This document shows positions 35,802 to 45,110 of a stretch of DNA of 64,000 bases, in pieces. The DNA is from Comamonadaceae bacterium CG_4_9_14_3_um_filter_60_33 (GTDB taxonomy: Bacteria > Pseudomonadota > Gammaproteobacteria > Burkholderiales > Burkholderiaceae_C): NCBI GenBank assembly GCA_002789915.1, contig PFUD01000032.1:1850-65849 (forward strand), given 5' to 3'. Position numbers and translations under genes: made by a program. The notes under the pieces are model-generated. The model ran no database searches. It was not told the origin of the DNA and was given only the letters and a program-made list of their open reading frames with translations. The stretch's first letter is position 1. The number at the start of each line of letters is the position of its first letter.

Positions 35802-37047
35802 ACAATGCGAAGGCTCGCACGCCGTAGCCAAAGCCGTGGCGCTGAGCCGCCCGGAAGTTATCTGCGCTTACCCCATCTCACCCCAGACCCACATTGTGGA
35901 AGGCTTGGGCGAAATGGTGAAGTCAGGTGACTTGACGCCCTGCGAGTTCATCAACGTAGAAAGTGAATTTGCCGCCTTGAGCGTGGCCATCGGCGCTTCT
36001 GCCGCCGGCGCGCGCTCTTACACCGCCACCGCCAGCCAGGGCCTGTTGTTCATGGCCGAGGCGGTTTACAACGCGTCAGGCCTGGGCCTGCCCATTGTGA
36101 TGACGGTGGCGAACCGCGCGATTGGTGCACCCATCAACATCTGGAACGACCACACCGACAGCATGTCGATGCGCGATGCTGGCTGGCTGCAAATTTTTGC
36201 CGAGACCAACCAGGAAGCGCTCGACCTGCACATCCAGGCGTTCAAGATTGCTGAAGAGTTGTCGCTGCCGGTGATGGTGTGCATGGACGGCTTCATCCTG
36301 ACGCACGCTTACGAGCGTGTGGACATGCCCAGCCAGGAGCAGGTGGACAAGTTTTTGCCGCCCTACGAGCCGCGTCAGGTACTCGACCCCAATGACCCGG
36401 TCACCATCGGTGCCATGGTCGGCCCCGAGGCTTTCACCGAAGTGCGTTACTTGGCCCACGCCAAGCAGATGCAGGCGCTCGACCTGATTCCACAAATTGC
36501 CGCTGAGTTCAAAAAAGAGTTCGGCCGCGACTCAGGCGGCTTGATCAAGACCTACAAAACCGAAGATGCCGAAACCATTGTGATTGCGCTGGGTTCGGTG
36601 TTGGGCACCATCAAGGACACGGTGGACGACTTGCGCGCTGAAGGCGTCAAGGTGGGCGTATTGGGCATTACCTCGTACCGTCCGTTCCCCATTTCTGCCA
36701 TCCGCGATGCCACCGCCAACGCCAAGCGCATTGTGGTCATTGAGAAGTGCTTTGCCGTGGGCATTGGCGGCATTGTGTCGCGCGACGTGCGCAGCGCCGT
36801 GCGCAACCGGCCGCAGCCAGTATTGACGGTAGTGGCTGGTCTGGGCGGGCGAGCCATTACCAAGACTTCGGTACACAAGTTGTTGCTCGATGCGATTGCC
36901 GACAAGCTGGAACTTCTGACTTTCCTGGATCTGGATTGGGACGTGGTTAACCGGGTGCTGGACCGCGAAAAATCACAGCGTCGCTCCGGCCCGATTGCGG
37001 AAGGTATTTTGCGCGACATGGGCAATTTGGCGACGCAGGTCGTTTAG
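35794..37047 (+). CDS. 2-oxoacid:ferredoxin oxidoreductase, alpha subunit
   Basis: 417 aa. EGSHAVAKAVALSRPEVICAYPISPQTHIVE matches the POR alpha N-terminus. 8-bp overlap with the gamma subunit gene. Confidence 0.85.
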   Translation: MLEQCEGSHAVAKAVALSRPEVICAYPISPQTHIVEGLGEMVKSGDLTPCEFINVESEFAALSVAIGASAAGARSYTATASQGLLFMAEAVYNASGLGLPIVMTVANRAIGAPINIWNDHTDSMSMRDAGWLQIFAETNQEALDLHIQAFKIAEELSLPVMVCMDGFILTHAYERVDMPSQEQVDKFLPPYEPRQVLDPNDPVTIGAMVGPEAFTEVRYLAHAKQMQALDLIPQIAAEFKKEFGRDSGGLIKTYKTEDAETIVIALGSVLGTIKDTVDDLRAEGVKVGVLGITSYRPFPISAIRDATANAKRIVVIEKCFAVGIGGIVSRDVRSAVRNRPQPVLTVVAGLGGRAITKTSVHKLLLDAIADKLELLTFLDLDWDVVNRVLDREKSQRRSGPIAEGILRDMGNLATQVV

Positions 37048-37057
37048 GAGGCATCAC

Positions 37058-38050
37058 ATGGAACAGACATTGGTCAAGTTTTATCAAACCGGCACCTTCA
37101 CCGTCGGTAACCGCCTGCTCGCCCCCGAGCAGCGCAGTCTTCAGTCGGGTGCTGCCCGTAGCAACTCGCTCAACTCCGGTCACCGCGCCTGCCAAGGCTG
37201 TGGCGAAGCGCTGGGAGCCCGCTACGCCATAGACGCCGCCATGGCGGCCACCAACGGTCAGTTGATCGCTGCCAACGCCACCGGTTGCCTGGAGGTGTTT
37301 TCAACCCCTTACCCTGAAACCTCGTGGCAGATGCCCTGGATTCACTCGCTGTTTGGCAACACGGCGGCCGTGGCCACCGGCATTGCAGCGGCCATGAAAG
37401 CCAAAGGCCGCAGCGAAGTGCGTGTGGTCGCACAAGGCGGCGACGGCGGCACCACAGACATCGGCTTTGGTTGCCTGAGCGGCATGTTCGAGCGCAACGA
37501 CGACGTGCTCTACATCTGCTACGACAATGAGGCTTACATGAACACCGGCGTGCAGCGCTCCAGCGCCACACCACCGGCGGCGCGCACGGCGACCACCATG
37601 CCGGTGGGGCCGAACCCGGGCAATGAATTTGGCCAGGGTAAAAATGTGCCGCAAATTGCCATGGCGCACGAAATCCCGTATGTGGCCACGGCCACGGTGG
37701 CTGACTTGCGCGATCTCGAATACAAAGTCACCAAGGCCATGTCGATGCATGGCGCGCGCTACATCCACATTTTTGTGCCTTGCCCATTGGGCTGGGGCGC
37801 GGCCTCGCACGACACCATCAAGTTGTCGCGTCTGGCAGTGGAGAGCGGTGTCTTCCCGGTGTTCGAAGCCGAGCGCGGCGAAGTCACTGGCGTGCTGAAA
37901 ATCCGTCGCCAGGTGCCCGTCGAAGAGTATTTGAAGCCGCAGCGGCGTTTTGCCCACCTGTTTGGCAAAAAGCCCGATGTGGCCACGCTGGCGCGCCTGC
38001 AAGCGCGTGCTGACCGCAATATCCGTCGTTTTGGTTTGTTGGGGGAATGA
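37058..38050 (+). CDS. 2-oxoacid:ferredoxin oxidoreductase, beta subunit (TPP-binding)
   Basis: 330 aa from ATG 37058. CQGCGE cluster ligands and the TPP motif GGDGGTTDIGFG...YDNEAYMNTG. Confidence 0.85.
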   Translation: MEQTLVKFYQTGTFTVGNRLLAPEQRSLQSGAARSNSLNSGHRACQGCGEALGARYAIDAAMAATNGQLIAANATGCLEVFSTPYPETSWQMPWIHSLFGNTAAVATGIAAAMKAKGRSEVRVVAQGGDGGTTDIGFGCLSGMFERNDDVLYICYDNEAYMNTGVQRSSATPPAARTATTMPVGPNPGNEFGQGKNVPQIAMAHEIPYVATATVADLRDLEYKVTKAMSMHGARYIHIFVPCPLGWGAASHDTIKLSRLAVESGVFPVFEAERGEVTGVLKIRRQVPVEEYLKPQRRFAHLFGKKPDVATLARLQARADRNIRRFGLLGE

Positions 38051-39678
38051 AAATGCAAAAACCTTTTGCTATCACGCTTGATGTTGGCAGCTCATTGGCC
38101 AACCACACGGGCTCCTGGCGCACCGAGCGCCCGGTGTATTTGAGCCGCAAACCGCCGTGCAACCATCAGTGCCCGGCTGGGGAGAACATTCAGGGCTGGC
38201 TGTTTCATGCCGAATCCGGCAACTACCAGGAAGCCTGGCGCACGCTGGTTGAAGACAACCCGTTTCCAGCCATCATGGGCCGGGTGTGCTATCACACCTG
38301 TGAAGGCGCTTGCAATCGGGGCCAACTCGATTCAGCCGTGGGCATCAATTCGGTGGAACACTTTTTGGGCGATGAAGCCATCAAACAGGCTTGGCAGTTA
38401 CCCAAGCCTGTTGCCAGCTCCGGCAAAAAAGTGATGGTTGTCGGTGCCGGGCCGTCTGGCCTGTCGGCGGCTTACCACCTGGCGCGCCTGGGCCATGCCG
38501 TGACCGTGATCGAGGCTGGTCCGTTGCCAGGCGGCATGATGCGCTTTGGCATTCCGCAATACCGCCTGCCGCGCCAGGTGCTCGATGCTGAAGTGCAGCG
38601 CATTGTTGATCTGGGCGTGCGCATCGAGTACAACACCAAGGTCTCGAACGTGCTCGAATCCAAGCTGGCTGGCGGCTATGACGCCGTATTTCTGGCGGTG
38701 GGCGCCCACATTGCCAAGCGCGCCTATATTCCGGCGGGCGATTCTGCCAAGGTGCTCGACGCGGTTTCGGTGCTACGCTCCATGGAGGGCGAAGACAAGC
38801 CCTTGCTGGGTCGGCGCGTGGTGGTTTATGGCGGTGGCAACACGGCCATCGACATGGCACGCACCGCTAAGCGTTTGGGCGCGACCGAGTCGATCATCGT
38901 GTACCGGCGCAACCGCGACAAGATGCCCGCGCATGACTTTGAAGTTGAAGAAGCGCTGCAAGAAGGCGTCATGATCAAATGGCTCTCCACCATCAAGCAG
39001 GCCGGCGAATCGTCCATCACCGTCGAAAAGATGGCGCTCGACGATAAAGGCTTTCCACAACCAACTGGCGAGTTCGAAACGCTCGAAGCCGACTCTGTCG
39101 TGCTGGCGCTGGGCCAGGATGTGGACTTGTCCTTGATCGAAGGTGTGCCCGGCATGGCCGTGCAGGACGGTGTGGTGCAGGTCAATGGCCACATGATGAC
39201 CGGTCACGACGGCATTTTTGCCGGCGGCGACATGGTGCCTGCTGAGCGCAATGTGACCGTTGCCATCGGCCACGGCAAAAAAGCGGCGCGCAATATCGAC
39301 GCCTGGCTGCGCGGCTCGGCCTATGTGCCAGCGCCCAAGAGCGAAGTGGCCGGTTTTGACACCCTCAACACCTGGTATTACAGCGACGCACCCAAAACCG
39401 TGCGGCCGATGCTCGACATCATCCGCCGCCAATCCACGTTCGAGGAAGTGCAGGGCGGCCTCGACGAGAGTAACGCGCTGTTTGAAGCACGGCGTTGCCT
39501 GTCTTGCGGCAACTGCTTTGAATGCGACAACTGCTACGGCGTGTGCCCCGACAACGCTGTCATCAAGCTCGGCCCCGGCAAGGGCTTTGAGTTTAACTAC
39601 GACTACTGCAAGGGCTGCGGCATTTGTGTTTCGGAGTGCCCGTGTGGCTCGATCAAGATGGTGCCCGAAGACATTTGA
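38047..39678 (+). CDS. GltD-like NAD(P)H flavoprotein fused to a C-terminal 2x[4Fe-4S] ferredoxin (POR delta-like) domain
   Basis: 543 aa, ATGA overlap with the beta subunit gene. N-terminus CNHQCPAGENIQGW...NPFPAIMGRVCYHTCEGACNRG, dinucleotide folds VVGAGPSGLSAAY and VVYGGGNTAID, C-terminus CLSCGNCFECDNCYGVCP...CKGCGICVSECPCG. Confidence 0.8.
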   Translation: MKMQKPFAITLDVGSSLANHTGSWRTERPVYLSRKPPCNHQCPAGENIQGWLFHAESGNYQEAWRTLVEDNPFPAIMGRVCYHTCEGACNRGQLDSAVGINSVEHFLGDEAIKQAWQLPKPVASSGKKVMVVGAGPSGLSAAYHLARLGHAVTVIEAGPLPGGMMRFGIPQYRLPRQVLDAEVQRIVDLGVRIEYNTKVSNVLESKLAGGYDAVFLAVGAHIAKRAYIPAGDSAKVLDAVSVLRSMEGEDKPLLGRRVVVYGGGNTAIDMARTAKRLGATESIIVYRRNRDKMPAHDFEVEEALQEGVMIKWLSTIKQAGESSITVEKMALDDKGFPQPTGEFETLEADSVVLALGQDVDLSLIEGVPGMAVQDGVVQVNGHMMTGHDGIFAGGDMVPAERNVTVAIGHGKKAARNIDAWLRGSAYVPAPKSEVAGFDTLNTWYYSDAPKTVRPMLDIIRRQSTFEEVQGGLDESNALFEARRCLSCGNCFECDNCYGVCPDNAVIKLGPGKGFEFNYDYCKGCGICVSECPCGSIKMVPEDI

Positions 39679-39816
39679 TCCGGTAAGTGGTCCGCCAGAC
39701 TCAGGGCGCCTGCGCCTTGGGCTCTGGTGAAGATCACTTTTTCATGATTTTTGTCAGGCCCGGACCAACGATCTGGTTGAAAATGGGTTCGTCTGTTTTC
39801 TTATTAGGAGTAAGTC

Positions 39817-40260
39817 ATGTTCAAGCATATTCTGGTCCCGGTCGATGGCTCTGAAACGGCGCAAATGGCCGTGGACAAGGCAAGCGCCATGGCCAAGGCA
39901 TTCGACAGCAAGGTCACGGTGATCTATGTGATCGATCCCTATCCGTTTACCGGCGTGGGCACCGACTTTGCCTATGGCCAGGCCGAATACTTGAACGCCG
40001 CCACGGCCGAGGCCAATGAAGCGGTCAAAACTGCCAAGGAGTCGTTCACCAATGACGGTGTCAACGTCGACAGTTCGGTGATTGAGGCGCACACCGCCTG
40101 GCGTGGCATTGTCGATGCGGGTAATTCCTTGCAGGCCGACCTGATTGTGATGGGTTCACATGGTCGCAATGCGCTGGAAAGACTGGTGCTCGGCAGTGTC
40201 GCGCAAGCCGTGCTGTCGCACACCAAGCTGCCGGTGTTGGTGGTGCGCGACAACAAATAG
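39817..40260 (+). CDS. universal stress protein (UspA family)
   Basis: 147 aa. MFKHILVPVDGSE...DLIVMGSHGRNALERLVLGSVAQAVLSHTKLPVLVV. Confidence 0.9.
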   Translation: MFKHILVPVDGSETAQMAVDKASAMAKAFDSKVTVIYVIDPYPFTGVGTDFAYGQAEYLNAATAEANEAVKTAKESFTNDGVNVDSSVIEAHTAWRGIVDAGNSLQADLIVMGSHGRNALERLVLGSVAQAVLSHTKLPVLVVRDNK

Positions 40261-40270
40261 GGAAAGCTGC

Positions 40271-43174
40271 TTACCCGCACTGCCCCACATACCCGCAGGC
40301 GGTGCAGAAGTCGCAGCCGTCCTTGTGGATCACGGTGGGGTTGCCACACTCAGGGCAGTTCTTGCCAGCCATGGTTTTGCTGGCTTCGCGCGCCTCTGGT
40401 GTGTCGAGCACGCCCATGTCGCGCAGCGGATAACCTTCCTCATTCAAAATACCTAGCATCGCATAACGGTGAATGATGAGCCGGGCAATGTAGGCCACGG
40501 TTGACGGCCAGGTTTGCTGGCGCTTTTCGCCGTTGGGCAGGCCCGGCACAAAAGCCATGAAGTGGCCCAGTGGCTCGGCGTAGTTGAGCAGCTTGCGCAG
40601 CTTCATGCCGATCCAGGCTGGGTCGATCACCCGCATGTCGAGCGACAGCAGGCGCGCCAGGCCGTCCATGGCTTTGGGGTAGTTGCCGCTGAAACCCACC
40701 GCGCAGGGCCTTGTGACCATGTTGCCATCAGGGCCGGGCAGGTTGACTTCTTTCAGTGTGACGGTAAAGGCTTCGCTGGTGGCCGGGTTGTCCACATCGA
40801 CCGCCCAGGCCAGCGTGCCAGACGGGCCGGTGATGGGTTCGTTGCGGCTGAACATGGCATCAATCACCGGGGTGTAAGTCGTCAGGCGGTCAGTGGATTT
40901 TTTGGGGGACTGCGCAGCGATTTGCTCGCAGCGCCAGCGTATCACGGCTGCCGTGGCAGCTACCACGCCGGGGAACAAACGTTTTTCGCCATGCGGCGGA
41001 AACGGCATCTCAAAGGCATGTTCTTCACTGACGGTAGCCAGCGCATCGAGCTTGAGCTGTAGCCAGGCCGGGTCGTTGGCGCGCAAATCCATCGACAGGG
41101 TTTTGGCCATGGCGCCCAGGCCGCGCGGTTGCTCGGCACCGTTCACCCACACTTCAAAAGGTTGTGGCGCGCCGCCTTCCACCAGCGAAAGCTCGCCAAT
41201 AAACAGCGCAAAGTCGCCAAACGGGTGGTGCACCATGAAGGTCCAGGCCGGATTACCACCCGGTAGATCGGGGCGACCGGGCCAGCGCAGGGATGACAGC
41301 ACCGGAGCGGGGAGGCGGTCGAGCAACAGGCGATGATTGGCGCCGTCGATCTGCAGGGGTTTTGCACTGCTAGGCGCAGCGGGTGCGGTCACGCTCAGCA
41401 CCGAGCCCAGCACCGAGTTGGGCCGGTAGGTGGCCAGACCTTTCAGGCCCGATTGCCAGGCCTGCGTGTAGAGGCCCTGGAAATCTTCATAAGGGTAGTC
41501 GGCGGGCACGTTGACCGTTTTTGAAATGGCCGTGTCAATAAAGGGCGCTACCGCCGCCACCATTTCTTCGTGCGCCTGGGCACTCATTTCCAGTGCAGTG
41601 ACAAAGGCGTCGGTCAAAGGGGCATCGGTTCCGAACAGGTGGCGGTACAGGCGCCAGGCGTGGTCTTCGACCGCGTATTCCTTGAAGCCGCCGTCGGGCA
41701 TGCGTTTTTTGCGCGTGTAGCTCCAGCTGAAAGCCGGTTCGATGCCGTTGCTGGCGTTGTCGGCAAAGGCCAGGCTGATGGTGCCGGTGGGCGCAATCGA
41801 CAACAGGTGCGAGTTGCGCAGGCCATGCTTGTGAATGCGTTTTTTGAGGTCGGCGGGCAAGCGCGTGGCAAAGTTCTGGCCGCTCAGGTACAGGTCGGCG
41901 TTGAACAGCGGAAAGGCGCCGCGCTCAATGGCCAGATCGCACGAGGCTTGGTAGGAAGTGTCACGCAGCAGTTCGGAAATGTTTCGCGCCATGTCGCGCG
42001 CGACTTGCGTGTCGTAGCGCAAATTAAGCATCACCAGCGCGTCGCCCAGGCCGGTATAACCCAGCCCGACGCGGCGTTTGGAAGCGGCTTCCTGTTGCTG
42101 CTGCGTCAGTGGCCAGACGGTGGCGTCAAGCACGTTGTCGAGCATGCGCACCGCCACTTTGGCAACATTCGCAAAAGCGGCGCGATCGAAACTTGCGTTG
42201 TCAGAAAACGGCTCCGTGACAAAACGCGTCAAGTCGATCGAACCTAGGCAGCAGCAGCCGTAGGGCGGCAGCGGTTGCTCGGCGCACGGGTTGGTGCTGG
42301 CGATGGTTTCGCAATACGACAGGTTGTTGTCGCGGTTCATTTGGTCCAGAAACAGCACGCCGGGTTCGGCATGGTCGTAGGTAGAGCGCATGATCTGGTC
42401 CCACAGGGTGCGGGCCTTGAGCTTGCGATAGACCCACACACCCTTCTCCTGGTCCAGGTAGGCGCCGGCGTCCTTTTGCGGAACGCCGGGCTCGGCCTTG
42501 TGCACCAGGGTGAAGTCGCCATCGGCTTGCACCGCGTCCATGAATTCGTCGGACACTCCCACCGAGATATTGAAGTTTTTCAGGTCACCATGGTCCTTGG
42601 CGTGGATGAATTCCTCGATGTCGGGGTGGTCGCAGCGCAGCACGCCCATTTGGGCACCGCGCCGGGCGCCAGCAGACTCGACTGTTTCGCAGGAGCGGTC
42701 GAACACGCGCATGTAGCTTACCGGCCCGGAGGCGCTGCTTTGCGTGCTGCCCACCCAGGCGCCGCGCGGGCGGATGCGGGAAAAGTCGTAACCCACACCG
42801 CCGCCGCGGCGCATGGTTTCAGCGGCTTCGGTGAGCGCGGTGTAGATGCCGGGGTGACCGTCTTCGACGTGGGCAATCGAGTCGCCCACGGGTTGCACAA
42901 AACAGTTGATAAGGGTGGCGGCCAGGTCAGTGCCAGCGGCCGACTGGATGCGCCCGGCGGGCAAAAAGCCGGCTTCGAGTGCGGTCAGAAATTTGGCTTC
43001 CCAGTCCTTTTGCTGCTCAGGCGCTTCTACTTTGGCCAGGGCGCGGGCGACGCGTTGGTTGACGTCGGTGATGCTTTTCTCAGTGCCTTTGCTGTATTTT
43101 TCGATCAGGACTTCGATGCTGATGGGCTGGGTTTCCAGCGCGCTCAAAATGGGGGTGGTGGTGGGTTGTGACAT
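40271..43174 (-). CDS. nrdJ: adenosylcobalamin-dependent (class II) ribonucleotide reductase
   Basis: 967 aa. RNR barrel motifs ([19 protein letters not shown]; thiyl Cys loop) and a C-terminal Zn finger CPECG...CDFCTACG typical of proteobacterial NrdJ. Confidence 0.9.
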   Translation of the reverse strand: MSQPTTTPILSALETQPISIEVLIEKYSKGTEKSITDVNQRVARALAKVEAPEQQKDWEAKFLTALEAGFLPAGRIQSAAGTDLAATLINCFVQPVGDSIAHVEDGHPGIYTALTEAAETMRRGGGVGYDFSRIRPRGAWVGSTQSSASGPVSYMRVFDRSCETVESAGARRGAQMGVLRCDHPDIEEFIHAKDHGDLKNFNISVGVSDEFMDAVQADGDFTLVHKAEPGVPQKDAGAYLDQEKGVWVYRKLKARTLWDQIMRSTYDHAEPGVLFLDQMNRDNNLSYCETIASTNPCAEQPLPPYGCCCLGSIDLTRFVTEPFSDNASFDRAAFANVAKVAVRMLDNVLDATVWPLTQQQQEAASKRRVGLGYTGLGDALVMLNLRYDTQVARDMARNISELLRDTSYQASCDLAIERGAFPLFNADLYLSGQNFATRLPADLKKRIHKHGLRNSHLLSIAPTGTISLAFADNASNGIEPAFSWSYTRKKRMPDGGFKEYAVEDHAWRLYRHLFGTDAPLTDAFVTALEMSAQAHEEMVAAVAPFIDTAISKTVNVPADYPYEDFQGLYTQAWQSGLKGLATYRPNSVLGSVLSVTAPAAPSSAKPLQIDGANHRLLLDRLPAPVLSSLRWPGRPDLPGGNPAWTFMVHHPFGDFALFIGELSLVEGGAPQPFEVWVNGAEQPRGLGAMAKTLSMDLRANDPAWLQLKLDALATVSEEHAFEMPFPPHGEKRLFPGVVAATAAVIRWRCEQIAAQSPKKSTDRLTTYTPVIDAMFSRNEPITGPSGTLAWAVDVDNPATSEAFTVTLKEVNLPGPDGNMVTRPCAVGFSGNYPKAMDGLARLLSLDMRVIDPAWIGMKLRKLLNYAEPLGHFMAFVPGLPNGEKRQQTWPSTVAYIARLIIHRYAMLGILNEEGYPLRDMGVLDTPEAREASKTMAGKNCPECGNPTVIHKDGCDFCTACGYVGQCG

Positions 43175-43270
43175 GGATTCCTTCCAAAAAAACGAGTGGT
43201 CATGTTAGTTCTTGAAAGTTCACTTTTCAACGAATTTGCACAAATACGACAGACAAAATAAAAATATAAA

Positions 43271-43317
43271 ACGCTATAGGTAGCGTAAAAATATACTATG
43301 ACATCTAAATGTAGTGT
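43271..43317 (-). promoter_or_regulatory. candidate tandem NrdR boxes upstream of nrdJ
   Basis: ACGCTAtaggTAGCGT (43271-43286) and ACATCTAAATGTAGTGT (43301-43317) are imperfect palindromes resembling the NrdR box ACACwAtATaTwGTGT. Centres are about 31 bp apart. They lie 97-143 bp upstream of the nrdJ start, in an AT-rich region. Confidence 0.35.
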
Positions 43318-43455
43318 GTCGATCTGCCGCAATGACCGATCCACATGTCAGCGCAATGGGCGGCATTTGCAGTAACACTGCGGGTTGAATAGGGCTGTGC
43401 CCGGATAAATGGTCCGAGTCGTTCGGCTGAACTCGTCAGGGTCACCAGGCGTTTT

Positions 43456-44274
43456 TCAGGCAGTGCTGGCTACTCCAAAGTCTTCTTCTATGGGGACGGC
43501 TGGGTAGTGAAACCGCACCGGGCCGTCCGGGCGCTCATTCACATACTGGAACACCAACGGATCTGTGCTGGCGCGCACCTCGTCCACCGTGCCTTGGAAG
43601 GCGAGCTTTCCCTGGTCGAGAATGATCACATGGTCGGCGATCTCAAGGGTTTGGGTCAGTTCATGCGAGGCAAAAATGCTGGTCAGCCCCATTGAGTCGT
43701 TGAGCTGGCGTATCAGCCGCGCGGCCACATGCAGCGAAATTGGGTCGAGGCCAGAAAAAGGCTCGTCGTACATCACCAGTTCGGGGTCGAGTGCAATCGC
43801 ACGCGCGATGCCGATGCGCTTGGCCATGCCGCCCGACACCTCACTGGGCATCAGGTCGCGCGCGTTGCGCAGGCCCACTGCGTTGAGCTTCATCAAAACG
43901 ATGTCGCGGATCAGCGCTTCAGACAAATCGGTGTGCTCGCGCAGCGGGAAGGCCACGTTCTCGAACACGCTGATGTCGGCAAACAGGGCGCCGAACTGAA
44001 ACAACATGCCCATGCTCCGCCGCACGGCAAAGAGCTGCTGCTGGTCCATGGGGCCTAAATCTTGCCCGTCGAACAGCATTTGCCCCGACCAGGCGCGGCT
44101 CTGGCCGCCCATCATGCGCAGTGTGGTGGTCTTACCGCCGCCCATCGGACCGATGAGCGCCGTGACCTTGCCCCTGGGGATGCGCAGCGAAACATCGTCC
44201 AGCACGGTTTGCTCCCCGTAGCCGAAGCTGAGGCTGCGAAATTCAACGAGGGATGGGTTGACGGTGGTAGACAT
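43456..44274 (-). CDS. ABC transporter ATP-binding protein, MlaF-like; no permease gene adjacent
   Basis: 272 aa. Walker A GPMGGGKTT, signature SGGMAKR, Walker B VMYDEP. The C-terminal extension DPLVFQYVNERPDGPV is as in MlaF. Confidence 0.75.
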   Translation of the reverse strand: MSTTVNPSLVEFRSLSFGYGEQTVLDDVSLRIPRGKVTALIGPMGGGKTTTLRMMGGQSRAWSGQMLFDGQDLGPMDQQQLFAVRRSMGMLFQFGALFADISVFENVAFPLREHTDLSEALIRDIVLMKLNAVGLRNARDLMPSEVSGGMAKRIGIARAIALDPELVMYDEPFSGLDPISLHVAARLIRQLNDSMGLTSIFASHELTQTLEIADHVIILDQGKLAFQGTVDEVRASTDPLVFQYVNERPDGPVRFHYPAVPIEEDFGVASTA

Positions 44275-44295
44275 AAGTTCTTGAACAGGTCAAGT

Positions 44296-44949
44296 TTACG
44301 GTGCCAGGCGCTCGCGCACCCACATTGGTTCTTGTCCGTCATACGAAGTTTTGAGGGTATAGAGCAGCCGATCGTGCAAGCGGCTTTTGCGGCCCTGCCA
44401 AAACTGCCAGTTGTCGGGCTTGAGGCGGTAGCCGCCCCAATGCGGTGGCCGTGGCGGATTCAACAAAAACTGCGCGCCGTAGCGCGCCGCGTTGGCCACC
44501 AATACGCCGCGCCCCGAGATCACCTCGCTTTGCGGGCTGGCCCAGGCGCCAATGCGCGAGTCTAGCGGGCGACTGTGAAAGTAGATATCGCTTTCCTCGG
44601 CACTGACTTTTTCCACCAGACCCTCGATGCGCACCACGCGCTCGAGTTCTACCCAATGAAACTGAAGCGCGGCATAGGGGTTTCCCGCCAGTTCCTGGCC
44701 CTTGCGGCTCGCATAATTGGTGTACCAGACAATGCCCCGTTCGTCATAACCCTTGATCAGCACCACGCGCGTGCTCGGGCGCAGGTTGCTGGCCACAGTG
44801 GCCACGGTCATGGCATTGGGTTCGGGCACTTCGGAGGCAATGGCTTCTTTGAGCCACTGCTCGAACTGTTTCAGGGGGTCGGCGTGCGAAGCGTCTTCGT
44901 TGAGTTCGGCGCGTTCATAGCTTTTTCGGAGGTCGGCAATATTGGTCAT
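44296..44949 (-). CDS. pdxH: pyridoxamine 5'-phosphate oxidase
   Basis: 217 aa. [12 protein letters not shown]...[24 protein letters not shown]...[24 protein letters not shown]. Confidence 0.95.
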   Translation of the reverse strand: MTNIADLRKSYERAELNEDASHADPLKQFEQWLKEAIASEVPEPNAMTVATVASNLRPSTRVVLIKGYDERGIVWYTNYASRKGQELAGNPYAALQFHWVELERVVRIEGLVEKVSAEESDIYFHSRPLDSRIGAWASPQSEVISGRGVLVANAARYGAQFLLNPPRPPHWGGYRLKPDNWQFWQGRKSRLHDRLLYTLKTSYDGQEPMWVRERLAP

Positions 44950-45079
44950 CTAACAAGTATAGGAAATTCAGTCGGGTGCGACCTGCAGTAAGGCCTGCTT
45001 AGCGCTTTGATAAGCTTTTGGTAACCTTGTGGTAACTGTGGCATGAGGTCGTTTTCGATTTAACGGGTAACATAGTAAA

Positions 45080-45094
45080 TGTAATTTAGTTACC
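45080..45094 (+). promoter_or_regulatory. HexR-like operator candidate upstream of edd-eda
   Basis: TGTAATTTAGTTACC matches 13/15 positions of the proteobacterial HexR consensus TGTAATwwwATTACA, as I recall it. It ends 16 bp before the edd ATG. Confidence 0.3.
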
Positions 45095-45110
45095 ACTATT
45101 TATTGAATTC

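Noticed and set aside
39744-39757. FNR-like site ATGATTTTTGTCAG upstream of uspA
   Set aside because: It matches only 7 of the 10 consensus positions, too weak to report as a feature on sequence alone.
42275-43171. 298-aa ORF antisense to nrdJ (and similar ones at 21921-22829 and 58256-59233)
   Set aside because: Same reasoning: they sit fully within confident genes on the other strand, and their composition is typical of GC-driven open frames.
43175-43455. Possible cobalamin riboswitch in the long nrdJ leader
   Set aside because: I found no B12-box-like core on the sense strand. A B12 riboswitch also makes no regulatory sense in front of a B12-dependent RNR. NrdR-like boxes are a better explanation.
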